Source of the DNA: Candidatus Eiseniibacteriota bacterium
GTDB taxonomy: Bacteria > Eisenbacteria > RBG-16-71-46 > CAZAMP01
DNA length: 64,000 bases
NCBI GenBank assembly: GCA_965224245.1
Contig: OZ245046.1
Location: forward strand, 3,712,001 to 3,776,000
Direction: 5' to 3'
This document shows, piece after piece, positions 20,723-29,169 of this stretch. The first letter of the stretch is position 1, and each line of letters opens with the position of its first letter. The position numbers were made by a program, and so were the translations under genes. The notes below the pieces were generated by a model, which was not told the origin of the DNA, searched no databases, and saw only the letters and a program-made list of their open reading frames with translations.

Positions 20723-22089
20723 CGCTCACCTCCGATCGCGGCCCCCGATGGACGTCCGTGCGCGATCGCGAGGGCCTCTCCGATGGCCGTCACCGTGCGG
20801 CGCAGCGTATCCGCGTCGTGCGCGGCGGAGATGAACCCGACCTCGTAGCCCGACGGCGCGAAGTAGATGCCCCGCTCGAGGAGCGCACCGTGGAATGCCG
20901 CGTACCGATCGATGCCGTCGGTCTGGATCTCGTGGAACGAGCGCGGCGCCGGCGCGGGCTGGAACGCGAGCCAGAAGATCGAGCCGGCCCGGACGAGCGT
21001 CACGGGCACGTTCAGGGTCACGATCGCGTCTCGCACGCCTCGCTCGAACGCCGCGCTCTTCTCCTCGAGCGCCTCGAAGAACCCGTCGCGGAGCACCTCC
21101 CGCAGCGCCGCGGTTCCGGCCGCCATCGCGACCGGGTTGCCCGAGAGCGTGCCCGCCTGATAGACCGGCCCCATCGGGGCCAGGAGCGCCATCAGGTCCG
21201 CTCGGCCGCCGAAGGCCGCCATCGGCATGCCGCCGCCGATGACCTTGCCGAACGTACGGAGATCGGGCTCGATCCCGTACAAACCGGCAGCGCCGGCGGG
21301 ACCCACGCGGAAGCCACTGATCACCTCGTCGAAGATCAGGAGCGCGCCCGCGTCGCGCGTCGAGCGGGCCAGGGTCGTGAGAAACTCGGGCCGCTGAAGC
21401 AGCAGCCCCGCGTTCGCCGGAATGGGCTCCACGATGACCGCGGCCACCTCGGCGCCCCGCTCGGCGAAGAGGCGCGCGACCGCGTCCTCGTCGTCGAGAG
21501 GAAGCACGATCGTCTGCCGCGTCATGTCGGCCGGGACACCCGAGGAGGACGGGGTCCCGAACGTCGCGAGCCCCGATCCGCCCTTCACGAGCAGGTGATC
21601 CACGTGTCCGTGGTAGCAGCCCTCGAACTTCACGATCAGATCGCGGCCGGTCGCCCCGCGCGCCAGGCGCACGGCCGACATCACGGCCTCGGTGCCGCTG
21701 TTGACGAACCGCACGCGTTCGAGCCCGGGCACCGCTCCGGTGACGAGTTCGGCCAGCTCGACCTCGCGCCGCGAGGGGGCGCCGAAGCTGAGCCCCTCGG
21801 CGGCCGCGGACGTCACCGCATTCACCACGGCCTCGTGCGCGTGCCCGAGGATCAGCGGGCCCCAGGAGCAGCAGTAATCGACGAAGGTGTTGCCGTCCTC
21901 GTCGACGAACGTCGCCCCTTTCGCCTCGCGGAAGAAGATGGGTGTTCCGCCGACCGCGCCGAACGCGCGGACCGGGGAGTTCACGCCACCGGGCATCAGC
22001 GCGCGAGCCCGGTCGATCAGCTCGCGCGAACGGTCCAGGGTCGGACCGCCCCGCTGCGAGCGCGCGGTGTCGGGGGTCTTCAGAGCCAT
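20719..22089 (-). CDS. hemL: Glutamate-1-semialdehyde 2,1-aminomutase
   Basis: PGGVNSPVRAF, SWGPLILGH, NSGTEAVM, FEGCYHGH, FDEV, FGKVIGGG, YQAGTLSGNP. Confidence 0.97.
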   Translation of the reverse strand: MALKTPDTARSQRGGPTLDRSRELIDRARALMPGGVNSPVRAFGAVGGTPIFFREAKGATFVDEDGNTFVDYCCSWGPLILGHAHEAVVNAVTSAAAEGLSFGAPSRREVELAELVTGAVPGLERVRFVNSGTEAVMSAVRLARGATGRDLIVKFEGCYHGHVDHLLVKGGSGLATFGTPSSSGVPADMTRQTIVLPLDDEDAVARLFAERGAEVAAVIVEPIPANAGLLLQRPEFLTTLARSTRDAGALLIFDEVISGFRVGPAGAAGLYGIEPDLRTFGKVIGGGMPMAAFGGRADLMALLAPMGPVYQAGTLSGNPVAMAAGTAALREVLRDGFFEALEEKSAAFERGVRDAIVTLNVPVTLVRAGSIFWLAFQPAPAPRSFHEIQTDGIDRYAAFHGALLERGIYFAPSGYEVGFISAAHDADTLRRTVTAIGEALAIAHGRPSGAAIGGER

Positions 22090-23075
22090 CGGTTCTCCAG
22101 TACGTCGCGTGCGTGATACGTGATCAAGATGTCCGCCCCGGCGCGGGCGATGGCCGTCAGGTTCTCGAGCACGATCGCGCGCTCGTCCGCGAGCCCCTCG
22201 CGGGCAGCCAGCTTCACCATCGAGTACTCGCCGCTGACGTTGTAGGCGGCCAGGGGAAGCGTCGTCGCGTCGCGCACCCTCCGGATGACGTCCAGGTAGG
22301 CGAGCGCCGGCTTGACCATCAGGATGTCCGCTCCCTCCTCCTCGTCGATCAGCGCCTCATGGAGCGCCTCGCGCGCATTGCGTGCGTCCATCTGATACGA
22401 GCGGCGATCGCCGGACGCCGGTGCGGAGTCGGCGGCGTCACGGAACGGGCCGTAGTACGCGGAGGCGTACTTGACCGCGTAGGACATGATCGCCGTGTTC
22501 GTGAACCCCTCCCGATCGAGCCCGGTCCGGATGGCGGCCACGCGCCCGTCCATCATGTCCGACGGCGCGACGACGTCGGCGCCTGCCCGTGCGTGTGAGA
22601 GCGCCATGTCCGCCAGAAGGGGCAGGGACGCGTCGTTGTCGATGACGCCGCCGTCGAGCACACCGCAGTGCCCGTGGTCGGTGTAGGCACACAGACACAC
22701 GTCGGTGGCAACCGTGACGTCGTCGCCGAAGCGGCTCTTCACCGCGGCGACGGCGCGGGAGACCAGCGCGTCCTCCTTCGTGGCGGCGCTCGCGACCGCG
22801 TCCTTGTGGTCGCTGAGACCGAACAGGAGCACGCGCCGGATGCCGCGTTCGAGGTCCCGTTCGACGGTCTCGAGAAGCGTGTCGGGGGTTTCCCGGTGAA
22901 TGCCGGGCATGCTCGGGATCGGCTGGCGATCCCCACCGCGACCGGGCGCGCCGTCGCGCACGAAGTGCGGCTGCATCATCTGGTCGGGATGGAGACGGGT
23001 CTCGGCGACCAGATCCCGGATGCGGGCGCTCGCGCGAAGCCGCCGCGGCCTCGCGATCAGTCCTTCGTCAAGCAT
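22080..23075 (-). CDS. hemB: Porphobilinogen synthase (ALA dehydratase), Zn-binding type
   Basis: RPRRLR, DVCLCAYTDHGHCG, APSDMMDGR, YGPFRDA, MVKPAL, AYNVSGEY. Confidence 0.97.
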   Translation of the reverse strand: MLDEGLIARPRRLRASARIRDLVAETRLHPDQMMQPHFVRDGAPGRGGDRQPIPSMPGIHRETPDTLLETVERDLERGIRRVLLFGLSDHKDAVASAATKEDALVSRAVAAVKSRFGDDVTVATDVCLCAYTDHGHCGVLDGGVIDNDASLPLLADMALSHARAGADVVAPSDMMDGRVAAIRTGLDREGFTNTAIMSYAVKYASAYYGPFRDAADSAPASGDRRSYQMDARNAREALHEALIDEEEGADILMVKPALAYLDVIRRVRDATTLPLAAYNVSGEYSMVKLAAREGLADERAIVLENLTAIARAGADILITYHARDVLENRWL

Positions 23076-24715
23076 GCGATGAGACCTTCCATCGTGTGGC
23101 GTGTCGCCTCGGTGAACACATCCACCGAGCGCGCACGGGCCTCGGCCGAGGTGACCGGTCCGATCGTGACGACGCGGGCACCGGCGGGAACGTCCGTGAC
23201 GTCCGTGAAGTGGCGGACCGCCGACGGCGACGCGAAGAGGACGTAGTCCGCGCCGGCGAGCGCCTCCACGTCCAGCGTGGACGGGTCGGTGGCTCGCGTC
23301 CGATAGACCGGCAGCGTGACCACGTCGTGGCCCGCCGTGGCCAGTCCATCGGCCAGCACCGTGCGTCCCTCACGCGCGGACGGGATGAGCACGCGATACC
23401 GCCCGGTTCCGTTCTGCGAGAGCATCGCGTCGAGGAGCGCGTCCGAGATCGCCTGGGCCGGCACGAGGTCGGGCTCACGCCCCAGCTCCCGGAGGGCGGC
23501 CGCGGTCCCGGGACCGACGACGCCGATCCTGGCGCCCTCGGGCAGTGTCCGCCGCGCTCGTGCGAGTCGCTCACCGAGCTGCCGGACGGCGTTCGCACTC
23601 GGAAACAGGATCCAGTCGTAGGCGTCGAGCTCGGCCAGCGTGGATGCCTCGAGATCGGGATCGGAGTCGGGGACGATCTCGAGCACCGGGAAAGATACGA
23701 CGACGGCACCCTGCGCCTCGAGACCCGCGATCAGAGGATCCTCGTCGGCAGCCTCGCGCGTCACGACGACGCGCTTGCCGGCGAGGTTCCGACCGGGACC
23801 GACAGACGCGGCGCGGATGCGCTCGTGGGCATGTCGCGCGAGAGCCAAGGAGTCACGAGCGCTCGCGCGAACGCGCACCGCATGGGTGCCGTCGTCGTGG
23901 GAGTGATAAACCATGATCGTGTGGCGATCGGAGTCGTCGGGATCGGTCAGGATGTGCGCACCGAGAGGAAGCGAGCATCCGCCGCCGAACATGCCCAGGA
24001 GCGAGCGCTCCGCGTCGACGACAGCCGCCACGCCGGCATCGTGCAGCATCGCGACCGGCCCCACCACCCGGTCGTCGCCTGCCCGCACCTGAACCGCGAG
24101 CGCCCCCTGACCCGGGGCGGGAACGAACACGTCGACGTCCAGCGGCACCGCGATCAGGCCCCCGAGATCCAGCTCCAGGCGCGATACGCCGGCCTGGGCG
24201 ATCAGGATGGCGTCGTGCGCGCCCTCGCGGAGGCGACGCACGCGCGTGGGCACGTTGCCGCGGAGCGACTCCACCGCGAGATCGGGGCGGAGGTTCAGAA
24301 GCTGTGCGCGACGCCTCACCGAGCTCGTGCCGACCCGTGCGCCGGGCGCCAGCGGCAGCGGCGCCATCTTCGGATCGTGGTGCGCCTCGGCCACGAGCAG
24401 GAGGTCACGCGGGTCGGCGCGCTCCGGAACCGCGGCGATCGCGAGGTCCGGTGGCATCTCGGTCGGAAGGTCCTTCAGCGAGTGCACGGCGATGTCGATG
24501 CGCCGTTCGCGCAGCGCCTGCTCGAGCTCGGCGGTGAAGAACCCCTTCCCCTCGATCTCGATGAAGGGACGGTCGTCGATCCGGTCGCCCTGGGTGCGGA
24601 TGATGTCGATGCGCGACTCCATCGCCGCGCGCTCGCGCAGGAGCGACTGAACGTGGCGGGCCTGCCACAGGGCGAGGTCGCTCCCGCGACTTCCGATGAC
24701 GAGGGGAGTGTTCAC
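23057..24715 (-). CDS. hemC: Fused hydroxymethylbilane synthase / uroporphyrinogen-III synthase (HemC-HemD)
   Basis: N-terminal half: IGSRGSDLALWQ, VHSLKDLP, GTSSVRR, RGNVPTR, GGGCSLPLG. C-terminal half: LAGKRVVVTR, FPSANAV, VGPGTA, VYRT, FASPSAV, IGPVT. One continuous frame with a GTG start. Confidence 0.92.
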   Translation of the reverse strand: MNTPLVIGSRGSDLALWQARHVQSLLRERAAMESRIDIIRTQGDRIDDRPFIEIEGKGFFTAELEQALRERRIDIAVHSLKDLPTEMPPDLAIAAVPERADPRDLLLVAEAHHDPKMAPLPLAPGARVGTSSVRRRAQLLNLRPDLAVESLRGNVPTRVRRLREGAHDAILIAQAGVSRLELDLGGLIAVPLDVDVFVPAPGQGALAVQVRAGDDRVVGPVAMLHDAGVAAVVDAERSLLGMFGGGCSLPLGAHILTDPDDSDRHTIMVYHSHDDGTHAVRVRASARDSLALARHAHERIRAASVGPGRNLAGKRVVVTREAADEDPLIAGLEAQGAVVVSFPVLEIVPDSDPDLEASTLAELDAYDWILFPSANAVRQLGERLARARRTLPEGARIGVVGPGTAAALRELGREPDLVPAQAISDALLDAMLSQNGTGRYRVLIPSAREGRTVLADGLATAGHDVVTLPVYRTRATDPSTLDVEALAGADYVLFASPSAVRHFTDVTDVPAGARVVTIGPVTSAEARARSVDVFTEATRHTMEGLIACLTKD

Positions 24716-24737
24716 GACGTGCCACCGATTCTTCCAG

Positions 24738-25847
24738 CTAGAGCATGCCTGCCGCGACGGGGTCGACGCAGAGCACGTCGACGAGCCGGCGGCTCATGGC
24801 TGCCGGATACGTGACCACCGCCTCCGCGACCGCCCGCTCGGCGGCGTCGACGGCCACGACGGCTTTCTCGGAGTTGCTGCGCGACTCCTCGCGCAGATCG
24901 TCGATCGTGACCACGCGCACGTCCGGCAGATCGTCCAGGTCGGGGTCGGTGTCGCGCGGCGCGGCCAGGTCGACCACCAGCAACCGATCGGGGTCGCCGG
25001 CGCGCGCGGTCCCGAGCCGCGGCGCAGGACGCGGCGCATCGAGGAGCGGCGCCAGCGACGACCGATCGAGGATCGCATGCGGCGCGGAGGTAGCCGTCAC
25101 GATCACGTCCGTGGGCGGGGGATCGGCGAGGAACGCCTCGAGCGACATCACGCGAGCGCCGTGACGCTCGGCGGTCGCGCGGATCTTGGCCGGCGTGCGA
25201 TTCACGAGACGGAGGTTCGTGTAGCCGCGGCCCGAAAGGAACATCGCGATCTTCGAGCTCATCTCGCCGCTGCCGATGATCGCGATCGCCGAATCGCTCG
25301 CGCGGTGGCCGGCGGTCACGACGCCCACGGCGAGCGTCGCCATCGAGACGGAGCCGGCTCCGAGCGAGGTCTTCCGGCGCACGTCGCGCGCGCAGCGGAA
25401 GGTCTCCTCGAAGATGCACTCGAGCCACGAGCAGGCGATGCCGGCGGCATGCGACGCGTGGTAGGCCCGCTTCACCTGTCCGAGGATCTGCGCCTCGCCC
25501 ACGACCATCGAGTCGAGCGAGCAGGCCACCCGGAAGAGGTGGCGCACCGCGGCGTCCCCCCGGTGCACGTGGAACGCGCGGCGCCACGTCGGATCGGGCA
25601 GGACGCCCCGCAGCCGTGCGAAGTAGCCGAAGACGCGCCCGAGCAGCTCGCTGTCGGGCGTGTGACGGGTGTCGGCGACGACGAACTCCACCCGGTTGCA
25701 GGTCGGCACGTACACGAGCTCGTCCACACCCAGCGCGCGGTGGAGGTCCCGGAGGCTCCCCGGGTCTTCGGACGGCAGATGAAACACGTCGCGAAGCGCC
25801 CCGTCACTCTCTCTAAAGCTAGTCCCGACAACCACATACCGTTCCAT
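24738..25847 (-). CDS. hemA: Glutamyl-tRNA reductase (short form)
   Basis: TCNRVE catalytic motif, SLDSMVVGEAQILGQVK, IIGSGEM, NRT, DLAAPRD. ATG at 25847 after GGAGG. Confidence 0.92.
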   Translation of the reverse strand: MERYVVVGTSFRESDGALRDVFHLPSEDPGSLRDLHRALGVDELVYVPTCNRVEFVVADTRHTPDSELLGRVFGYFARLRGVLPDPTWRRAFHVHRGDAAVRHLFRVACSLDSMVVGEAQILGQVKRAYHASHAAGIACSWLECIFEETFRCARDVRRKTSLGAGSVSMATLAVGVVTAGHRASDSAIAIIGSGEMSSKIAMFLSGRGYTNLRLVNRTPAKIRATAERHGARVMSLEAFLADPPPTDVIVTATSAPHAILDRSSLAPLLDAPRPAPRLGTARAGDPDRLLVVDLAAPRDTDPDLDDLPDVRVVTIDDLREESRSNSEKAVVAVDAAERAVAEAVVTYPAAMSRRLVDVLCVDPVAAGML

Positions 25848-25887
25848 CACCGACCTCCGACGCTCGATGTCTCTTCCGCAGCAGGAG

Positions 25888-25931
25888 AGTCTATGAGGGC
25901 GGCGGTGTCGAGTTGTCATGCAGTTGTCATG
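25888..25931 (-). promoter_or_regulatory. Putative hem-operon promoter: -10 TAGACT plus a tandem 10-bp direct repeat with 11-bp period
   Basis: AGTTGTCATG at 25911-25920 and 25922-25931. AGTCTA at 25888-25893 reads TAGACT on the minus strand. Confidence 0.5.
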
Positions 25932-25995
25932 ACGGAGGTAGGTGGTTTCCGAGACGTCTCCGTGTGATGATCCGCGCTCGCTGGAGGGAGACACG

Positions 25996-27378
25996 ATGCG
26001 ACCGATCCGCCCCATCACGACCTGGATCTTGCCGGCCGCGATCGCGCTGGCCCCGGTGACTGACGCCATGGCCCGGGACGCCGGGGCCGCCGACCTGACC
26101 GAAGGCGGCTCGACCACCGGCGAGGCCGCGGCGTCGGCGTTCGCGTCGGCGTTCTTCCGGGGCGATCGCGTCGCGTTCGCGGACCGGCTCTCGGAGGACA
26201 TGTCCGACGCGCTCGACGATGCACAGTACCGATCGCTCCTGGCGTCGCTCGCGGACCAGCTCGGCGCGCTGGAGTCGATCGGCGCGCCCTGGCCGGAGTC
26301 CGACGTGCAGGGCTTCCAGCGCTATCGGATCCCCCTGGCCTTCGCCGCCGACACGCTGGACATGCGCCTCGTCTTCGACGGCGCCGGCGACGTGGCGGGC
26401 CTCTTCTTCGTCCCCCATCTCGCGCGGCCGAGCGGCCCCGAGCCGGAAGCACCGGTGCGCGAGGAGGACGTGATCATCGGCGGCGATCCGGAGACCGGCC
26501 TCGGCGGAACGCTGTCGTTGCCCGACGGCCCCGGTCCGTTTCCGGCCCTGGTGCTCGTGCACGGATCGGGGCCGAACGACCGGGACGAGACGATCGGGCC
26601 CAACAAACCGTTTCGGGACCTCGCCTGGGGGCTCGCCACACGCGGCGTCGCCGTCTTGCGCTACGACAAGCGATCGTACGCGAGGCCCGAGACGCTGCAG
26701 CCGCTGGGCACCTCCCTGACCGTGGCCGAGGAGGTGATCGACGACGCGCTCGACGCGGTGCGCGTCGTCAGCGCGACCCCGGGGATCGACGCGACGCGTG
26801 TGTTCCTGTGCGGACACAGCCTCGGTGGCACGCTGGCCCACCGGATCGCCGCGACGGACGGCGTGATCGCCGGCGTCATCGTGCTCGCCGGGGCCACGCT
26901 TCCCCTGCCCGAGAAGATCGTCGAACAGACCTGGTACATCGCCAACGTCGACGGCGTCGTGACCGAGCACGAGCAGCGGAGCTACGACGCAACCCGGCAG
27001 GCCGCCGAGACGATCCGCCGCGCGCTGGACGGCGAGATCCCCGAGCCCGAGGGGCCGCTCCTGGGCGCCCCGGTCGGCTACTACCGGGATCTGGGCGCAC
27101 ACGACCCGGTCGATCTCGCCTGGCGTCTCCGACTGCCGACGCTCGTGTTGCAGGGCGATCGGGACTATCAGGTGACGCTGGCCGACTTCTCGCGCTGGGA
27201 GGAGCTCCGGGGCGAGGCGTTCGCATGCCTCGTCCGGTATCCGGATCTCGACCACCTGTTCCACGCCGGCGAAGGACCGTCGCAGCCCATCGACTACGAG
27301 CGCCCCGCCCCCGTCGATGCCCGCGTGATCGACGACATGGCCGCGTGGATCGAACAGGGGACCTGCCGGTCCCGCTGA
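25996..27378 (+). CDS. Secreted alpha/beta hydrolase with N-terminal DUF3887-like domain
   Basis: GGAGGGAG RBS and signal peptide; VHGSGPNDRDET, LRYDKR, nucleophile GHSLGG, QGDRDYQV, HLF. Confidence 0.88.
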   Translation: MRPIRPITTWILPAAIALAPVTDAMARDAGAADLTEGGSTTGEAAASAFASAFFRGDRVAFADRLSEDMSDALDDAQYRSLLASLADQLGALESIGAPWPESDVQGFQRYRIPLAFAADTLDMRLVFDGAGDVAGLFFVPHLARPSGPEPEAPVREEDVIIGGDPETGLGGTLSLPDGPGPFPALVLVHGSGPNDRDETIGPNKPFRDLAWGLATRGVAVLRYDKRSYARPETLQPLGTSLTVAEEVIDDALDAVRVVSATPGIDATRVFLCGHSLGGTLAHRIAATDGVIAGVIVLAGATLPLPEKIVEQTWYIANVDGVVTEHEQRSYDATRQAAETIRRALDGEIPEPEGPLLGAPVGYYRDLGAHDPVDLAWRLRLPTLVLQGDRDYQVTLADFSRWEELRGEAFACLVRYPDLDHLFHAGEGPSQPIDYERPAPVDARVIDDMAAWIEQGTCRSR

Positions 27379-27402
27379 CGCCGGGATCGCCCATGCGTCC
27401 CC

Positions 27403-27713
27403 GCCCGCGCGATCGAGAACCAGATCTACAGCGCGCGATCGCCGGGTGCGCCGGCATGCTGCCGTTCGTCGACAATGCGGACATTCACCACTCGCAGTGC
27501 GGCATCTTCACCCCCAGCGACTTTCCGTTCGCTCGGGACGTGGTGGCCAGCGAGAGCATGCCGAACACCGAGACCGTCGTCGTGCACGACGTCGATCTCG
27601 AGCTTCTCCGGCGCAATCGCCAGGCCGGAACCGTCCGTCCCTGGACCGATCGCATCAAGGACGTGTACGCCGTCCGCTACACCGACCCCGAGCTGGGTCC
27701 GATCGAGTACTGA
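27403..27713 (+). pseudogene. Frameshifted C-terminal remnant of a carbon-nitrogen hydrolase (YhcX-like)
   Basis: ARAIENQIY reads in the frame starting at 27403, then continues in another frame from 27435 as AIAGCAGMLPFVDNADIHHSQCGIFTPSDFPFARD...PNTETVVVHDVDLELLRR. The N-terminal catalytic part is absent. Confidence 0.7.
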
Positions 27714-27728
27714 GCGGTCGCGCGGGCC

Positions 27729-28007
27729 ATGGACCTCATCCAGAGTCGTCGCGGCCGCGCGTTCCTTCTCGCGCTCCTCTACTTCGCCGAGGGCGCACCC
27801 ATCGGGTGGCTCTGGTGGGCGCTTCCCACGCGACTTCGGGCCGCGGGGGCGCCGCTGGACGAGGTCAACGGGATCGCGACCGGGCTCGGCGGCGACGTCG
27901 GTCCGGAGTCCTACGCCGGGGCGTGGCTCGTCCTGGCGGGTGTGGCGCTCCTGGGACTGATCGCGCCGCCGCGGACCCGCCCCCCGTCCGAGCCCCTACC
28001 GAGGTGA
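27729..28007 (+). pseudogene. Internally deleted AmpG-like MFS transporter remnant
   Basis: Starts like AmpG-family TM1 (LLYFAEGAPIGWLWWALPTRLRAAG) but jumps to a terminal-looking helix (SYAGAWLVLAGVALLGL). It is only 92 aa. Confidence 0.55.
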
Positions 28008-29138
28008 CGGCACCTCGCCGGGCGCGCGGGCCCCGGAGTTCCGGTGGCACCACATGCAGGCGCGCCCGAAGCCGTGGTCGGCGCCCTCGCTGTAGTGGCA
28101 CTTGACGCACAGCGCGCGCTGGTCGGGATGCGGGTACGGACTCGGAATCGGATATGACCCCGAGGCCGCGCCGTCGTCGGCGAGGAATCGCACGTTGGGA
28201 TCCCATCGGGTGGCGGCCGGCCCGCTGGAGGCGTGCGCCCGGTGGCAGGTCAGGCAGGTCAGTCGACTCGTCGACGACGCTCCGGTCGTGCCCGACACGG
28301 TGGCTCCGGGATCCTCCAGCGCGACCTCGGGGATGTAGGCGGTCGCGGCGTCTCCCCCGCCGGGATCGGTGGGGCCGGCGTAGGCGTTGTACGCGTCACG
28401 CACCGCGGAGCCCAGCAGCGCCGAGACCGGATGTTCGAACCCTCCGCCGCCTTCACGGTGAACGCTCGCATGACAGTTCCCGCACCAGTCGCTGACGCCG
28501 CGCCGGTAGGCCGTGTGGTTCGTCGGGGACTCTCGATCGGCGTACAGGTCGATGCCGATCGCATCGGGCGCCCCGGCGGTGAAGGCGAACCCCGAGGCGT
28601 CGGTGGAGCCGGCATCGCGCAGCATCCGGAACCGGGGGTTGCCGTGAGGGTCGTGACAGCTCGTGCACGTCAGGTCGGCGGACGCGTAGGTTCCTCCCGG
28701 GGCCGTCGCATGCCGGGGATCGACCGGGATCCCCCAGCTCGCGCTGGCCACGTTGTGGCCGGCATGACTTCCGTCGATCGGCGAGAGGCCGCCACCGATC
28801 CCGTCGTTCAGGTTGTCCTCGTAGAGAAACGTGAAGTTGCCCGCGCCGCGCTCCAGAGGAGGAGCGGTGGGATCGACACCGAGCACCGCACCGTTCTCGG
28901 TGGCGTGACAGGCGAGACAGACGTCCGTGCTGGTTGCGTGACGCAGCAGGAACGGGGCGCCGAAGGGGTCGTCGGGATCGACCGGAAGGCCGTCCTCGCT
29001 CCCGTGCATCGTATGACAGCCCGCACAGCTGGCTACCCCGCCGTCGTGAAACGCGGAGACGGGCCCCGACGGGAGACCCGCGAGAACGACGGCCGATAGC
29101 GCGCCCGCGAGCCGTGTCGTCATGCCACGGGATCTCAT
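27996..29138 (-). CDS. Secreted multiheme c-type cytochrome, OmcS-like, with 7 CxxCH motifs
   Basis: Signal peptide, then FHDGGVASCAGCHTMH. Motifs CAGCH, CLACH, CTSCH, CGNCH, CLTCH, CVKCH, CMWCH. Alternative start at 29123. Confidence 0.88.
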   Translation of the reverse strand: MRSRGMTTRLAGALSAVVLAGLPSGPVSAFHDGGVASCAGCHTMHGSEDGLPVDPDDPFGAPFLLRHATSTDVCLACHATENGAVLGVDPTAPPLERGAGNFTFLYEDNLNDGIGGGLSPIDGSHAGHNVASASWGIPVDPRHATAPGGTYASADLTCTSCHDPHGNPRFRMLRDAGSTDASGFAFTAGAPDAIGIDLYADRESPTNHTAYRRGVSDWCGNCHASVHREGGGGFEHPVSALLGSAVRDAYNAYAGPTDPGGGDAATAYIPEVALEDPGATVSGTTGASSTSRLTCLTCHRAHASSGPAATRWDPNVRFLADDGAASGSYPIPSPYPHPDQRALCVKCHYSEGADHGFGRACMWCHRNSGARAPGEVPSPR

Positions 29139-29169
29139 CGCGTGGGGATCCCGGCGCCCAATCCGTGCA

